This document shows positions 28,092-37,628 of a DNA stretch of 64,000 nt, one piece after another. Both the position numbers and the translations under genes were made by a program. The notes under the pieces are model-generated. The model was given only the letters and a program-made list of their open reading frames with translations, ran no database searches and had not been told where the DNA came from. Positions within the stretch are counted from its first letter, which is position 1. The number at the start of each line of letters is the position of its first letter. The stretch comes from Dehalococcoidia bacterium. GTDB lineage: Bacteria > Chloroflexota > Dehalococcoidia > Plut-88900. The DNA lies in the NCBI GenBank assembly GCA_965207225.1, contig CBDBLV010000005.1, positions 1,376,001-1,440,000 of the forward strand, given 5' to 3'.

Positions 28092-29483
28092 ATGACGAAA
28101 CCGCGCACTGTCGGAGAGCTTAAGGAGTCGGGGTACGAGGTACTGCCGATCAAAGCGGAGGTCAGGCGCAACCTGATCCGGAAGCTGGAGTCGGGGGAGG
28201 GGCTTTTCGACGGGATCCTGGGGTACGAGGACACGGTACTGCCCCAGATGGTGAATGCGCTGCTGGCCGGACAAGACATCATCCTCCTCGGGGAGCGGGG
28301 GCAGGCCAAGAGCCGTATGATCAGAGGCCTGGTGAGCCTGCTTGACGAGGAAGTGCCGGTGGTTGAAGGGTGCGAGATCAACGACAATCCGTTTGCTCCT
28401 GTGTGTCGGGCGTGCAGGGACAGGGTGGAAGAGCTGGGGGACAAGGCGCCGGTGGCCTGGCTGAACCGGGAGGACCGGTACGCCGAGAAGCTAGCCACCC
28501 CCGACGTGACTATGGCTGACCTGATAGGGGACATCGACCCCATTAAGGTCACAGAGGGCCGATATTTGTCGGACGAACTAACGGTGCACTACGGCCTGGT
28601 CCCGAGGACCAACCGGGGCATCTTCTGCATTAACGAGCTCCCTGACCTGGTAGAAAGGCTGCAGGTCGGTTTGTTCAACCTGATGCAGGAGCGGGACATC
28701 CAGGTAAAGGGGTACCAGATCCGGCTTCCGCTGGACATCCTGGTGGTGGCAAGCGCGAACCCGGAGGACTACACGAACAGAGGCCGGATCATCACGCCCC
28801 TGAAGGACAGATACGGGGCCCAAATACGGACCCATTACCCGAAGACGCCGGAAGTGGAAATCGAAATAATGGAGTCGGAGGCGCGGCGGTTTGACGATGG
28901 CAGGAAGACGGTGACGCCGCACTTCATGAAGGAGATCGTGGCGCAGGTGTCGGCGCTGGCGAGGCAGAGCCCCGACGTGAACCAGAGGTCGGGGGTGAGC
29001 GTAAGGATAACGACGGCGAACTACGAGAGCATGTTGGGTAATGCGCTGCGTCGGGCTTTGCAGACGGGAGAAAAGACGGCAGCGCCCAGGATCTCAGACT
29101 TGACGTATCTGAAGGCGTCTACACTGGGGAAGCTGGAGCTGGAGACGGTGGAGGACGAACGTAGCGAGCAGGTGTTGGACGGGCTGGTGGACCGGGCCGT
29201 GGCCAATGTGTTCGCGCGTTACTTTGAAATTGCGGACTTTGCAGCGCTGCTGACCCAGTTCCAGGAGGGGGCAAGCGTGGTGCTCACTGATATGTCCCAT
29301 TCCCGGACGCACGGTCGGCTGGTGAAGAAGCTGGGAGGGTTCGACAAGGGGCTGAAAAAGCTGGGCTGCGACAAGCCGGCTACAGCGGCCTCGGGGGTGG
29401 AGTTCATACTGGAGGGGCTGCACCTGAACCGGAAGCTGAACAAGGTGTCGGCGCAGTCGGGGGAGATCAGCTACGGGGCGTGA
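28092..29483 (+). CDS. Magnesium chelatase-like AAA+ ATPase
   Basis: LGERGQAKSR, EKLATPD, INELPDL and ANPEDYTNRGRIITPLKDR motifs. Confidence 0.85.
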   Translation: MTKPRTVGELKESGYEVLPIKAEVRRNLIRKLESGEGLFDGILGYEDTVLPQMVNALLAGQDIILLGERGQAKSRMIRGLVSLLDEEVPVVEGCEINDNPFAPVCRACRDRVEELGDKAPVAWLNREDRYAEKLATPDVTMADLIGDIDPIKVTEGRYLSDELTVHYGLVPRTNRGIFCINELPDLVERLQVGLFNLMQERDIQVKGYQIRLPLDILVVASANPEDYTNRGRIITPLKDRYGAQIRTHYPKTPEVEIEIMESEARRFDDGRKTVTPHFMKEIVAQVSALARQSPDVNQRSGVSVRITTANYESMLGNALRRALQTGEKTAAPRISDLTYLKASTLGKLELETVEDERSEQVLDGLVDRAVANVFARYFEIADFAALLTQFQEGASVVLTDMSHSRTHGRLVKKLGGFDKGLKKLGCDKPATAASGVEFILEGLHLNRKLNKVSAQSGEISYGA

Positions 29484-30466
29484 CCCCGGGCCACGGCCAT
29501 GATCATGCCGGCGAGAGCCTGGGAGTCGTGCCTGATCTGGGGCCCAGGCCCGATCAAGGGCCCGCGCAGTATACGGCCAACCATGCTGTCGCACTGTTCG
29601 TAGTCGAGTTCTACGGGATACGCATCGCTTGAACCGTAACGCTCGACGGCTTCCGAGGGCAATGGGGCATCGTTGACCAGCAGGTAGTCGATGCGGCCAT
29701 TCGGGCCCAAGTAGCGCTTCACTTCCCCGACAAAGTTCGAGACCTTAAAGCCGTCAGACTCCCCGGGCTTTGTCATGATGTTGGAAGCATAGAGGACCGG
29801 GGCCGGGGTGCGGGCTATGGCGTCTCCCACACCTTCGACCATGAGGTTGGGGATGATGCTGGTGTAGAGGTCGCCGGGGCCCATGACCACGAGATCGGCG
29901 TCCAGGATGGCTTCCACTACCGGTGGGTACACAAGAGCGGGGGGGTCCAGGTAAACGTAGTCTATGTGAACGCCCGGATTGAGCCCCCGGACGTCTATGC
30001 TGGCCTCACCGGATACTACAGTGCCGTCAATGAGTCGGGCCTTCAGATTGGTGTCGGTCAGGGTTACGGGAAGGACACGGCCTGTAATCTGCAGCATTCG
30101 CCCAGCCTCGATGATGGCCAAGGCCATGCTGCCGGTAATCTCGGTCAGGGCAGCGAGAATCAGATTGCCGAAGCTGTGGCCCTGGAGGTCCCGGCCGCGG
30201 TCGAATCGGTAGTCGAGGAGGCGACGGAGTATGGAGTCGTTGGGGTTGTCGGGGCTGAGGCCGAGGAGGCACTGTCGCACATCTCCGGGAGGCAATTGGC
30301 CGAGCTGGTCGCGGAGCCGGCCGGAGGATCCTCCGCTGTCAGACATGGAGACGATGGCGGTGAGGTTGGGGGTGTGGTGCTTGAGGCCGTTCAGGACGAC
30401 AAAATTCCCTGTGCCGCCGCCGATTACGACGATTTTCGCGGTGTTGGGATCGGGAGGATGAGCCAT
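29471..30466 (-). CDS. YvcK/CofD-like UDP-GlcNAc-binding protein
   Basis: VIGGGTG, DSGGSSGRLR, PPGDVR, GHSFGNL and GPGDLYTSIIPNL motifs; this is the real part of the 1105-aa ORF. Confidence 0.93.
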   Translation of the reverse strand: MAHPPDPNTAKIVVIGGGTGNFVVLNGLKHHTPNLTAIVSMSDSGGSSGRLRDQLGQLPPGDVRQCLLGLSPDNPNDSILRRLLDYRFDRGRDLQGHSFGNLILAALTEITGSMALAIIEAGRMLQITGRVLPVTLTDTNLKARLIDGTVVSGEASIDVRGLNPGVHIDYVYLDPPALVYPPVVEAILDADLVVMGPGDLYTSIIPNLMVEGVGDAIARTPAPVLYASNIMTKPGESDGFKVSNFVGEVKRYLGPNGRIDYLLVNDAPLPSEAVERYGSSDAYPVELDYEQCDSMVGRILRGPLIGPGPQIRHDSQALAGMIMAVARGHAP

Positions 30467-30580
30467 AGCGGGTGGGATGATAAGGGGGTGGGGTAGGAGG
30501 TGCAAGGGGCGATTATCCATTAGGTCGAGCCCCGGGTGGCACAAGTAGGGTGATATACTCACGGCTACTTTTTGGGGTGA

Positions 30581-30979
30581 GTGCGAATAGTGGCAGATGA
30601 CAGGTTTCCGAGCGTAGGAGTAGACATAACGGAGATACCGCGGATCAGAGCAGCCCTGGAGAAATGGGGCGAGAAGTTCCTGGACCGGGTATATACGCCA
30701 AAGGAGATTGCCCGGTACCGGACTCGAGTGCCCGACCTGGCGGCCCGGTTTGCCGGCAAAGAGGCGGTGATGAAAGTACTGGGGACGGGGAATCGGGGAG
30801 TTGCGTGGCGGGAGATCGAGATTTTGCCGATGCCGAGTGGGAAACCGACTGTGAAGCTGTACAGGAGAGCTGAGGCCCGGGCGCGGAAGCTGGGGATGGG
30901 TGAGGTTGCGATAAGCCTGTCTCACTCGGATGAGTTTGCAGTGGCGTCGGCGGTGGCGATGGTGGAGAGGCTGGAATGA
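30581..30979 (+). CDS. acpS: Holo-ACP synthase
   Basis: GVDITE, ARFAGKEAVMKVLGTG, GKP and SLSH motifs. Confidence 0.95.
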   Translation: MRIVADDRFPSVGVDITEIPRIRAALEKWGEKFLDRVYTPKEIARYRTRVPDLAARFAGKEAVMKVLGTGNRGVAWREIEILPMPSGKPTVKLYRRAEARARKLGMGEVAISLSHSDEFAVASAVAMVERLE

Positions 30980-30995
30980 AGGGGTCGGTGGGTAG

Positions 30996-32546
30996 ATGAA
31001 GATAGTAAGCAGCGCGGAGATGAGGGAGATTGAAGCTCGGTGCGAGGCGGAGGGGATAGCGACTGCGGAGCTGATGGAGAATGCGGGACGGGCGTTTGCG
31101 GAAGAGGTGCGAGAGTGGGGGGAAGGGGTGGCGGGTAAGAACGTGGTGGTGCTGGTCGGGCCGGGGAACAACGGCGGCGACGGGCTGGTAGCAGCACGGT
31201 ATTTCCATGACTGGGTGGCCAATGTCGATGTTTGTTTGTGCTCTCCCAGGCCGGAATCGGACAAAAATCTTGGATTGCTCCTAAGTAGAGGGCTGCAACC
31301 GACAAACGCATACGAGGGGAACGAACTTGCAGCATTGGGGCATGTGCTGGGGTCGGCGGGAATAGTGGTGGATTCGGTGCTAGGGACGGGGAGGTCGAGG
31401 CCGATAGCGGGAAAGATCGGAGAGGTCTTCGCGGAATTGAAGAGGGCGAGGGAATTGAACACATCCCTGCGAGTTGCGGCCATGGACCTGCCGTCGGGTG
31501 TAGATGCGGACTCGGGGCAGGCAGACCCTGTGGGGCCGCAGGCGGACCTTACAGTAGCCCTCGGATATCCAAAGATTGGGATGTTTGCGTTTCCGGGGGC
31601 GTCGAGGGTGGGGGAGCTTCGGGTTGCGGACATCGGGATTCCGGGTGGGCTGTCAGATGACATATCGCTGGAGATGCTTACAGGCCTGATGGTGAAAGCA
31701 CTGTTGCCGAAGAGACCTGCGGACTCCCACAAGGGAACGTTCGGACGGCTGGTGGTGGTGGCCGGGTCTGGGCAGTACGTTGGGGCTGCGTACCTGGCGT
31801 GTGCGGCAGCAACGAGGGTCGGGGCCGGGCTGGTGACGCTGGCGTGCTCTCCGGCAGTGAGGGCAATAGTCGGGGCACGGGCGGCGGAGGTGACGTACAT
31901 CCCACTGGGGGATGAGGCCGAGGTGCAAGATTGGAGGGCGGCGATAGTCGAGGGCGTGGCACAGGCGGACGCACTGCTGGTCGGGTGCGGACTGGGAAGG
32001 GATCCCAAGGTGTGGAAGCTGGCAAAGGGGCTGCTCCTGGATTCAGAAAGGGACGGACCGCCCGCGGTGATTGACGCGGACGGGCTAAATGCACTGGCGT
32101 CGGAGGAGGGGTGGTGGGAGAAGTTAAATCGGGATGCGGTGTTGACGCCGCACCCCGGAGAGATGTCGAGGCTGATGGGGGCGTCAACGAAAGAGGTCCA
32201 GGGTGACAGGATCGGGATGGCTCGTGAAGCGGCGAAGAGGTGGGGCAAGACTGTGGTGCTGAAGGGGGCGCACACGGTGGTGGCCCGGGCGGATGGTCGG
32301 GCCGTGGTGAGTCCTTTTGCGAACCCGGGGCTGGCCTCGGCTGGGACAGGTGACGTGCTGGCAGGTGCGATCGCTGGGCTCATTGTACAGGGGTTGGGGG
32401 TGTGGGAGGCAGCGCTGGCCGGGGTATACCTGCACGGGGTGGCGGGGGAGGTGGGTCGGGAGGAGATAGGAGAGGCGGGGCTGGTGGCGAGTGACCTGCT
32501 AGTCAGGCTGGCGGGGGCGGTGCGGGGGGTGGAGAATGCGGGGTGA
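30996..32546 (+). CDS. nnr: Bifunctional NAD(P)H-hydrate epimerase/dehydratase
   Basis: LMENAG, GPGNNGGDG, DLPSG, HKGTFG, DADGLN, LTPHPGE and AGTGDVLAG motifs. Confidence 0.96.
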   Translation: MKIVSSAEMREIEARCEAEGIATAELMENAGRAFAEEVREWGEGVAGKNVVVLVGPGNNGGDGLVAARYFHDWVANVDVCLCSPRPESDKNLGLLLSRGLQPTNAYEGNELAALGHVLGSAGIVVDSVLGTGRSRPIAGKIGEVFAELKRARELNTSLRVAAMDLPSGVDADSGQADPVGPQADLTVALGYPKIGMFAFPGASRVGELRVADIGIPGGLSDDISLEMLTGLMVKALLPKRPADSHKGTFGRLVVVAGSGQYVGAAYLACAAATRVGAGLVTLACSPAVRAIVGARAAEVTYIPLGDEAEVQDWRAAIVEGVAQADALLVGCGLGRDPKVWKLAKGLLLDSERDGPPAVIDADGLNALASEEGWWEKLNRDAVLTPHPGEMSRLMGASTKEVQGDRIGMAREAAKRWGKTVVLKGAHTVVARADGRAVVSPFANPGLASAGTGDVLAGAIAGLIVQGLGVWEAALAGVYLHGVAGEVGREEIGEAGLVASDLLVRLAGAVRGVENAG

Positions 32547-32563
32547 ATGCTCTCTGGGGGCAT

Positions 32564-32610
32564 TTGAAGTGAGTCAAAAGCTGAGGCATAATGACTCATC
32601 AAGTGACTCG
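32564..32610 (+). promoter_or_regulatory. Toxin-antitoxin promoter/operator
   Basis: TTGAAG-17-CATAAT overlapped by TGAGTCA, TGAGGCA, TGACTCA and TGACTCG. Confidence 0.6.
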
Positions 32611-32627
32611 CGAGGAGTGAGTGAATT

Positions 32628-32891
32628 ATGAACCAACTAACTATCAGAGGATTCGACGATGATCTAAAGGAGAGGATACGGAGCCTCGCGGAACAGGAAG
32701 GCATCTCGTTAAATCGGGCAGCGGTGAAACTTCTTAAGAAGGGGGCAGGACTGATGGATATTGGGGCGGGGAGGGGGAAGGTGGGCAACTCGCTTGATCA
32801 TTTAATTGGATCGTGGAGTAAGGAACGGGTGGACGACTTTAAATCGATCATGGTGGAGTTCGAGAAAATCGATGAGTCGATTTGGCAGTGA
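32628..32891 (+). CDS. FitA-like ribbon-helix-helix antitoxin
   Basis: MNQLTIRG..A..EG.SLN RHH pattern; GTGA overlap with the PIN gene. Confidence 0.85.
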   Translation: MNQLTIRGFDDDLKERIRSLAEQEGISLNRAAVKLLKKGAGLMDIGAGRGKVGNSLDHLIGSWSKERVDDFKSIMVEFEKIDESIWQ

Positions 32892-33286
32892 AGATTCTAC
32901 TTGATACAAGTGCTTATATAGAACTTATGGATGGGCATGAGGAAGTCTCGGAGCTAGTGCGCAGGGCTGACGAGGTACTCTTGTCACCGATTGTCTTGGG
33001 GGAGTTGATGCAAGGGTTTCGGATGGGCAGGTACTTTGAGATGAACTACCATAGCCTGAGAGTATTCCTGGAAGGTGAGGCCGTATCTGTAGTGGCAGTT
33101 GGAGAGGTAACTGCCGACAGATATTCTCGAATTGCGATGGCTCTGAGAGCAAAGGGAAGGCCGATTCCGACCAACGACATGTGGATCGCGGCGCATGCGA
33201 TGGAAATGGGAGCGGACCTGGTGTCGGCGGACAGGCACTTTGAGTATGTGGACGGGATCGCGCTGGTGCCCATAGAGGCAAACTGA
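32888..33286 (+). CDS. vapC: VapC PIN-domain toxin
   Basis: LLDTSAY, LGEL, PIPTNDMWIAA and SADRHF motifs. Confidence 0.93.
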   Translation: MKILLDTSAYIELMDGHEEVSELVRRADEVLLSPIVLGELMQGFRMGRYFEMNYHSLRVFLEGEAVSVVAVGEVTADRYSRIAMALRAKGRPIPTNDMWIAAHAMEMGADLVSADRHFEYVDGIALVPIEAN

Positions 33287-33297
33287 GTTGAGACGCC

Positions 33298-34065
33298 ATG
33301 CTTCTGGCTATTGACATAGGGAATACGAACATAACACTTGGGGTGTATGACGGGGAGTCGCTGGCTGCGACCTGGCGGATTTCGACAGATGCGAACAAGC
33401 AGGCGGATGAGTACGCCGTATTGTTCAACGGGCTTCTACAGACGCGAGGGATGCCGGACTCCATGATTACGGAGATTGTGGTCTGCAGCGTCGTGCCGCC
33501 GCTGACGGGAGTATTCGAGGAGTTTTGCCAGAAGCAGTTCGGATTGAAACCGCTGGTGGTGGGGATGGGGGTGAAGACGGGGATGCGCATCCTGTATGAG
33601 AACCCGAGGGACGTGGGGGCGGACCGGGTGGCGGATGCGGTGGCCGCCTATCATAAATACGGCGGGCCGGTGATAGTGGTGGACCTTGGGACGGCCACGG
33701 TGTTTGATGCGATTTCCAAGGACGGGGAATACCTGGGTGGGGCAATTGCCCCGGGAATCGGGGTGGCGGCGGAGGCCCTGGTGGCAAGGGCATCCAAGCT
33801 GACGAGAGTGGAGTTGGAGGCGCCGCCGAACGCCATTGGCCGGACATCCCCTGCGAGCATGCAGTCGGGGCTGATATACGGGTACGTGGGCTTAATTGAG
33901 GGGTTGGTGGCGAGGTTCAAGAAGGAACTCGGGGGCAGGGCAAAGGTGGTGGGGACGGGGGGTCTTGCCTCAATAATGGCGGGCGAGACTGACGTGCTGG
34001 ATGAAGTGGACCCGGACCTGACGCTCGAAGGGCTGAAGCTGATCCACGAGATGAACCCGAGATGA
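33298..34065 (+). CDS. coaX: Type III pantothenate kinase
   Basis: IDIGNTN, GADR, DLGTAT, GGAIAPG and TGG motifs. Confidence 0.96.
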   Translation: MLLAIDIGNTNITLGVYDGESLAATWRISTDANKQADEYAVLFNGLLQTRGMPDSMITEIVVCSVVPPLTGVFEEFCQKQFGLKPLVVGMGVKTGMRILYENPRDVGADRVADAVAAYHKYGGPVIVVDLGTATVFDAISKDGEYLGGAIAPGIGVAAEALVARASKLTRVELEAPPNAIGRTSPASMQSGLIYGYVGLIEGLVARFKKELGGRAKVVGTGGLASIMAGETDVLDEVDPDLTLEGLKLIHEMNPR

Positions 34066-35282
34066 GCGACACAATGCAAAGTCGGGGCAGGGGGCTGGGG
34101 GAGAGGCGGATAGTGCTGGGCGTTACGGGAAGCATTGCTGCGTACAAGGCGGCGGACCTTACGAGCAAGCTGGTGCAGCAAGGCGCCGTGGTGGACGTGG
34201 TGATGAGTGAAGGGGCAACGCAATTTGTTGAGCCGTTGACGTTCCGGAGCCTGACTCACAGGCCAGTGCTGCACCAACTTTTTGACCCGGCTTCCGACGC
34301 GGGGATCGAACACGTGGCCCTGGCGGAAGGATGTGATGCAATTCTGGTTGCGCCGGCAACGGCAAACCTGATTGCGAAGGCGGCAAATGGGTTGGCGGAC
34401 GACCTGTTGACCTGCATGCTGCTGGCCACGCGGAGGCCTGTCGTGCTTGCCCCCGCAATGGACGGGTATATGTTTGAGAACCCGGCGACCCAGGAAAATG
34501 TCGAAAGACTGCTCACCCGTGGCTGGACGTTTGTGGGGCCGGGGGAGGGTAGGCTGGCATCGGGGCTGGTGGGACGGGGGAGGTTGGCGGACGTGGAGGA
34601 CATCATCGGGGGGCTGAAGCAGGTGTTGGGTCGGGAAGGGGACCTGGCGGGGAAGTCGGTGGTTGTCTCGGCGGGAGGGACGCAGGAGCCGCTCGATCCG
34701 GTGAGGCATATCGGGAACCGGTCGTCGGGGAAGATGGGGTACGCGCTGGCTGAGGCTGCGCGGGACAGGGGTGCGACGGTGACCCTGGTGTCGACGCAAA
34801 CATCGTTAAGGGCCCCGTATGGGGTAGATTTTGTGAAGGCAGACACGGCGGAGGAGATGCGGCGAGAAGTGGTGACCCGGGCTCTGGATGCCGACATACT
34901 GGTGATGGCGGCTGCTATTGCCGACTTCAGGCCGGCAGCGGAGGCTGAGCACAAGATCAAGAAATCGGGTGGCGGGATGACGCTGGAGCTGACACAGACG
35001 GCTGACGTGCTGGCGGAGGCGCGAGGCGAAAGGCTAGTTAAGGTGGGGTTTGCCGCGGAAAGCCAGGACCTAGAGGAGAACGCTCGGGAGAAGATGGTCA
35101 GGAAGGGCGTCGATCTTATGGTGGCGAACAACATCACGGTCGAGGGGAGCGGGTTCGGGTCGGACACGAACCGGGTGGTGATCATAGGGAGAGACGGCGA
35201 GAAGGAAGAGTTGCCACTTCTGCCGAAGGCCGAGGTAGCGCACATAGTCCTGGACCGAGCGGCAAGGACCGAGAAGGGGTAA
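34062..35282 (+). CDS. coaBC: Phosphopantothenoylcysteine decarboxylase/ligase
   Basis: GVTGSIAAYK, APATAN, APAM, DPVR.IGNRSSGKMG and VGFAAE motifs. Confidence 0.97.
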   Translation: MSDTMQSRGRGLGERRIVLGVTGSIAAYKAADLTSKLVQQGAVVDVVMSEGATQFVEPLTFRSLTHRPVLHQLFDPASDAGIEHVALAEGCDAILVAPATANLIAKAANGLADDLLTCMLLATRRPVVLAPAMDGYMFENPATQENVERLLTRGWTFVGPGEGRLASGLVGRGRLADVEDIIGGLKQVLGREGDLAGKSVVVSAGGTQEPLDPVRHIGNRSSGKMGYALAEAARDRGATVTLVSTQTSLRAPYGVDFVKADTAEEMRREVVTRALDADILVMAAAIADFRPAAEAEHKIKKSGGGMTLELTQTADVLAEARGERLVKVGFAAESQDLEENAREKMVRKGVDLMVANNITVEGSGFGSDTNRVVIIGRDGEKEELPLLPKAEVAHIVLDRAARTEKG

Positions 35283-35286
35283 GGGG

Positions 35287-36567
35287 TCAGGCCTCGACGG
35301 GGTTGGGTGGCGGGGTGGGTCTCGGGACGCGGATTCCCTTGAAGATTCCGAACATTGACGCGCCGGCGACGGCGAGGACAATTGATTCGACGAGGAAAAC
35401 TCGGCGATGACCGATGCTCCAAGCGAGCGCGCCTCCCGTCAAGGGGCCCAAGCCCCAGGCCATGGCGGACGCCGAATTGAGTATGCCGAAGGCTGCACCT
35501 AGGTGTTTTCTGGGGAGCATGAGGCCGACTATCGAACTGAGGGAAGTCATCATTGCCCCGTTACAGAGGCCTGAAAGGGCAAAGAGGAGGACGAACACAT
35601 AGTACTGGTGGTTGAAGAACTGGGGCAGCAAGGCCAGAGAAGCCCCCAAACAGGAGACTATGAGGACCGTGCGAAGGTTCAACTTTGATGCCATCCTGCC
35701 GACGAATATGGCGCTTACTCCGGAGCAAAACCCGAGGACCCCGAAAGCAAGTCCTGTGTCAAAAACCACTCGGTTGGCGTCGGTGATGGATTGGATGAAG
35801 CCCGGGGCCACGGGAGCGAGGACGGTCGGGGCCCCCTGGATGATGGGGACGAAGAGGAGGGCGGGGAGGAGGCCCGGGGTGGCGAGGACCTGTCGAGTCT
35901 CCGAGAAGAGGGCGAGGGGGGAGCCGCTTTTATCGTCGGACCTCTGGAAGGACTCCTTGACGAAAAGCAGGATCATCAGGCCGGCGGCAAGCACGAATCC
36001 TGAGGAAATGAAATAGGTTGTCCTGAAGCCGAAGGCCTGGGCAAGCTGGCCTCCTATAAAGGGTGAGATGGTGATGGAGAAGTAGCTGGTGAACTGGAGG
36101 AGTCCGACTACGAGGGGAAGGCGGTTGCTGGGGACAAAGGAACCGGCCAGCGCCATGGCCGCACCGACGCTGCCGGAGACGCCGCCGTGGAGGATGCGGA
36201 TGCCGATGAGCTGGGGGATATTGGTAATGAGGCCTGAGAACATGAGGACAAGGGTTCCGGCGGCATAGGCGCGGACGAGCATGGGCTTGCGGCCATAGGT
36301 GTCGGCGAGGTGGCCCCAGAAAGGGCCTGCGAGGCCCATAAAAAGGGCGAATACGCCAGAGGATGCACCGGCCCAGAATGCGGCGTCGGCGGCGGAGTCG
36401 ACGCCGAGCTCCTGCTCGATAAAGAGAGGGTAGAAAGGCTGCATGAAGGACCAGCCGATGGAGGCCACCCCTTGGGCAAGGCAAACGAGGGCTACCTGGC
36501 GTTTCCAGTTGTCCAGGCCACGCACGAGTAGGAAGGGGATGAGGGGAGCTCGGGGGAGGGAGCGCAC
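35287..36567 (-). CDS. MFS transporter (MdtG-like)
   Basis: WGHLADTYGRKPML motif A; start uncertain (GTG overlapping the metF stop chosen). Confidence 0.88.
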   Translation of the reverse strand: MRSLPRAPLIPFLLVRGLDNWKRQVALVCLAQGVASIGWSFMQPFYPLFIEQELGVDSAADAAFWAGASSGVFALFMGLAGPFWGHLADTYGRKPMLVRAYAAGTLVLMFSGLITNIPQLIGIRILHGGVSGSVGAAMALAGSFVPSNRLPLVVGLLQFTSYFSITISPFIGGQLAQAFGFRTTYFISSGFVLAAGLMILLFVKESFQRSDDKSGSPLALFSETRQVLATPGLLPALLFVPIIQGAPTVLAPVAPGFIQSITDANRVVFDTGLAFGVLGFCSGVSAIFVGRMASKLNLRTVLIVSCLGASLALLPQFFNHQYYVFVLLFALSGLCNGAMMTSLSSIVGLMLPRKHLGAAFGILNSASAMAWGLGPLTGGALAWSIGHRRVFLVESIVLAVAGASMFGIFKGIRVPRPTPPPNPVEA

Positions 36568-37472
36568 TAGCCGGGGCCCGGGGACCCCGAATTGGGCTCG
36601 GAGCGGTCTATGCCTGAGAGTTGCAAAAGCAGAGGGACGTCGCGTTCCCATCCCATAGGCATGATGTGGATGCCTCGGGTGAGGGATGCAACCTGGGAGA
36701 TGATCCGGGAGGCAATTTCAATGCCTTTCTCCCGCTTGTTTTCGGCGACGTCCATTTCGTCGATGAGGTTTTGGGGCACCACAATGCCGGGAACATTTTC
36801 ATTGAGATAGCGGGCCATGCGGCCGGAATGGAGTACGAGAATACCGGCGATTATCGGGACGTTTAGGGGTCGTGCCTTCTCCATGAATCGGGCGAACTGG
36901 TCGGGGTCATAGACGGCCTGGGTCTGGAAGAAGCGAACGCCGGCCTCAACTTTCTGGGCCATACGGGAGACTTCAAGGTCTGTGTCGGGGGCGCCGGGGT
37001 TGGCTGCGGCGCCGAGGCAGAAACTCGGCGCCCCATTCAACTCGTTGCCGGCCAGGTCTTTACCTGACTCCATGCCGGAAGCGGCGCGGATGAGGTCTAT
37101 GACGCTGAGGTCGAAGACAGGCTTGGCCTCGGGGTGGTCACCGGTGCCGGTGGGGTCGCCGGTGAGGCAGAGGATGTTCTGGATACCTAGTACATTGGCT
37201 GCAAGGAGGTCGGACTGGAGGGCTATCCTGTTGCGGTCCCGGCAGGTGAACTGGCAAATGGGTTCGACGCCCTTGTCCAGGATGACTTTGCCAAGGGGCA
37301 GGGGCCCAAGCCGCATGACGGAGGCGTTTTGGTCGGTGACGTTGACCGCGTCTACAGAGGCCAGGGAATCTAGGGTGGAGAGAGCAGGTTCGATGTTGAT
37401 GCCCTTGGGAGGCGTGACTTCCGCGGTCACAAGGAAGGCATCCGACTCAAGTTTGTCTTTGAAACCAGGCAA
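36567..37472 (-). CDS. metF: Methylenetetrahydrofolate reductase
   Basis: EVTPPKG, NVTD, TCRDRNRIALQSDL, LTGD and FFQTQ motifs. Confidence 0.93.
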   Translation of the reverse strand: MPGFKDKLESDAFLVTAEVTPPKGINIEPALSTLDSLASVDAVNVTDQNASVMRLGPLPLGKVILDKGVEPICQFTCRDRNRIALQSDLLAANVLGIQNILCLTGDPTGTGDHPEAKPVFDLSVIDLIRAASGMESGKDLAGNELNGAPSFCLGAAANPGAPDTDLEVSRMAQKVEAGVRFFQTQAVYDPDQFARFMEKARPLNVPIIAGILVLHSGRMARYLNENVPGIVVPQNLIDEMDVAENKREKGIEIASRIISQVASLTRGIHIMPMGWERDVPLLLQLSGIDRSEPNSGSPGPG

Positions 37473-37628
37473 TTTTTCGCCTTAGATTGTTCTTGAGGGA
37501 GCCGTGCAGGCTCCCCCGGGACATATAGTAAACCCAAAAGGGAGAATTCGTCATCCGGGGTAGTTGCAAAGCATTGTGAAATTTGGTACATTGCGCTGTG
37601 TTCCATATTTCACAAAGGAATTGCCGGA

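Noticed and set aside
27885-28274. 130-aa N-terminal extension of the RNA methyltransferase
   Set aside because: Overlaps the divergent AAA gene and intergenic region; homology begins at MPAVT (27884)
29471-32788. 1105-aa minus-strand ORF
   Set aside because: Only the last 331 aa (YvcK) are real; the rest is the antisense shadow of acpS, nnr and the antitoxin
37574-37615. Rex operator
   Set aside because: Half-sites match TTGTGAA/TTCACAA but the spacer is far longer than the 4 nt Rex requires
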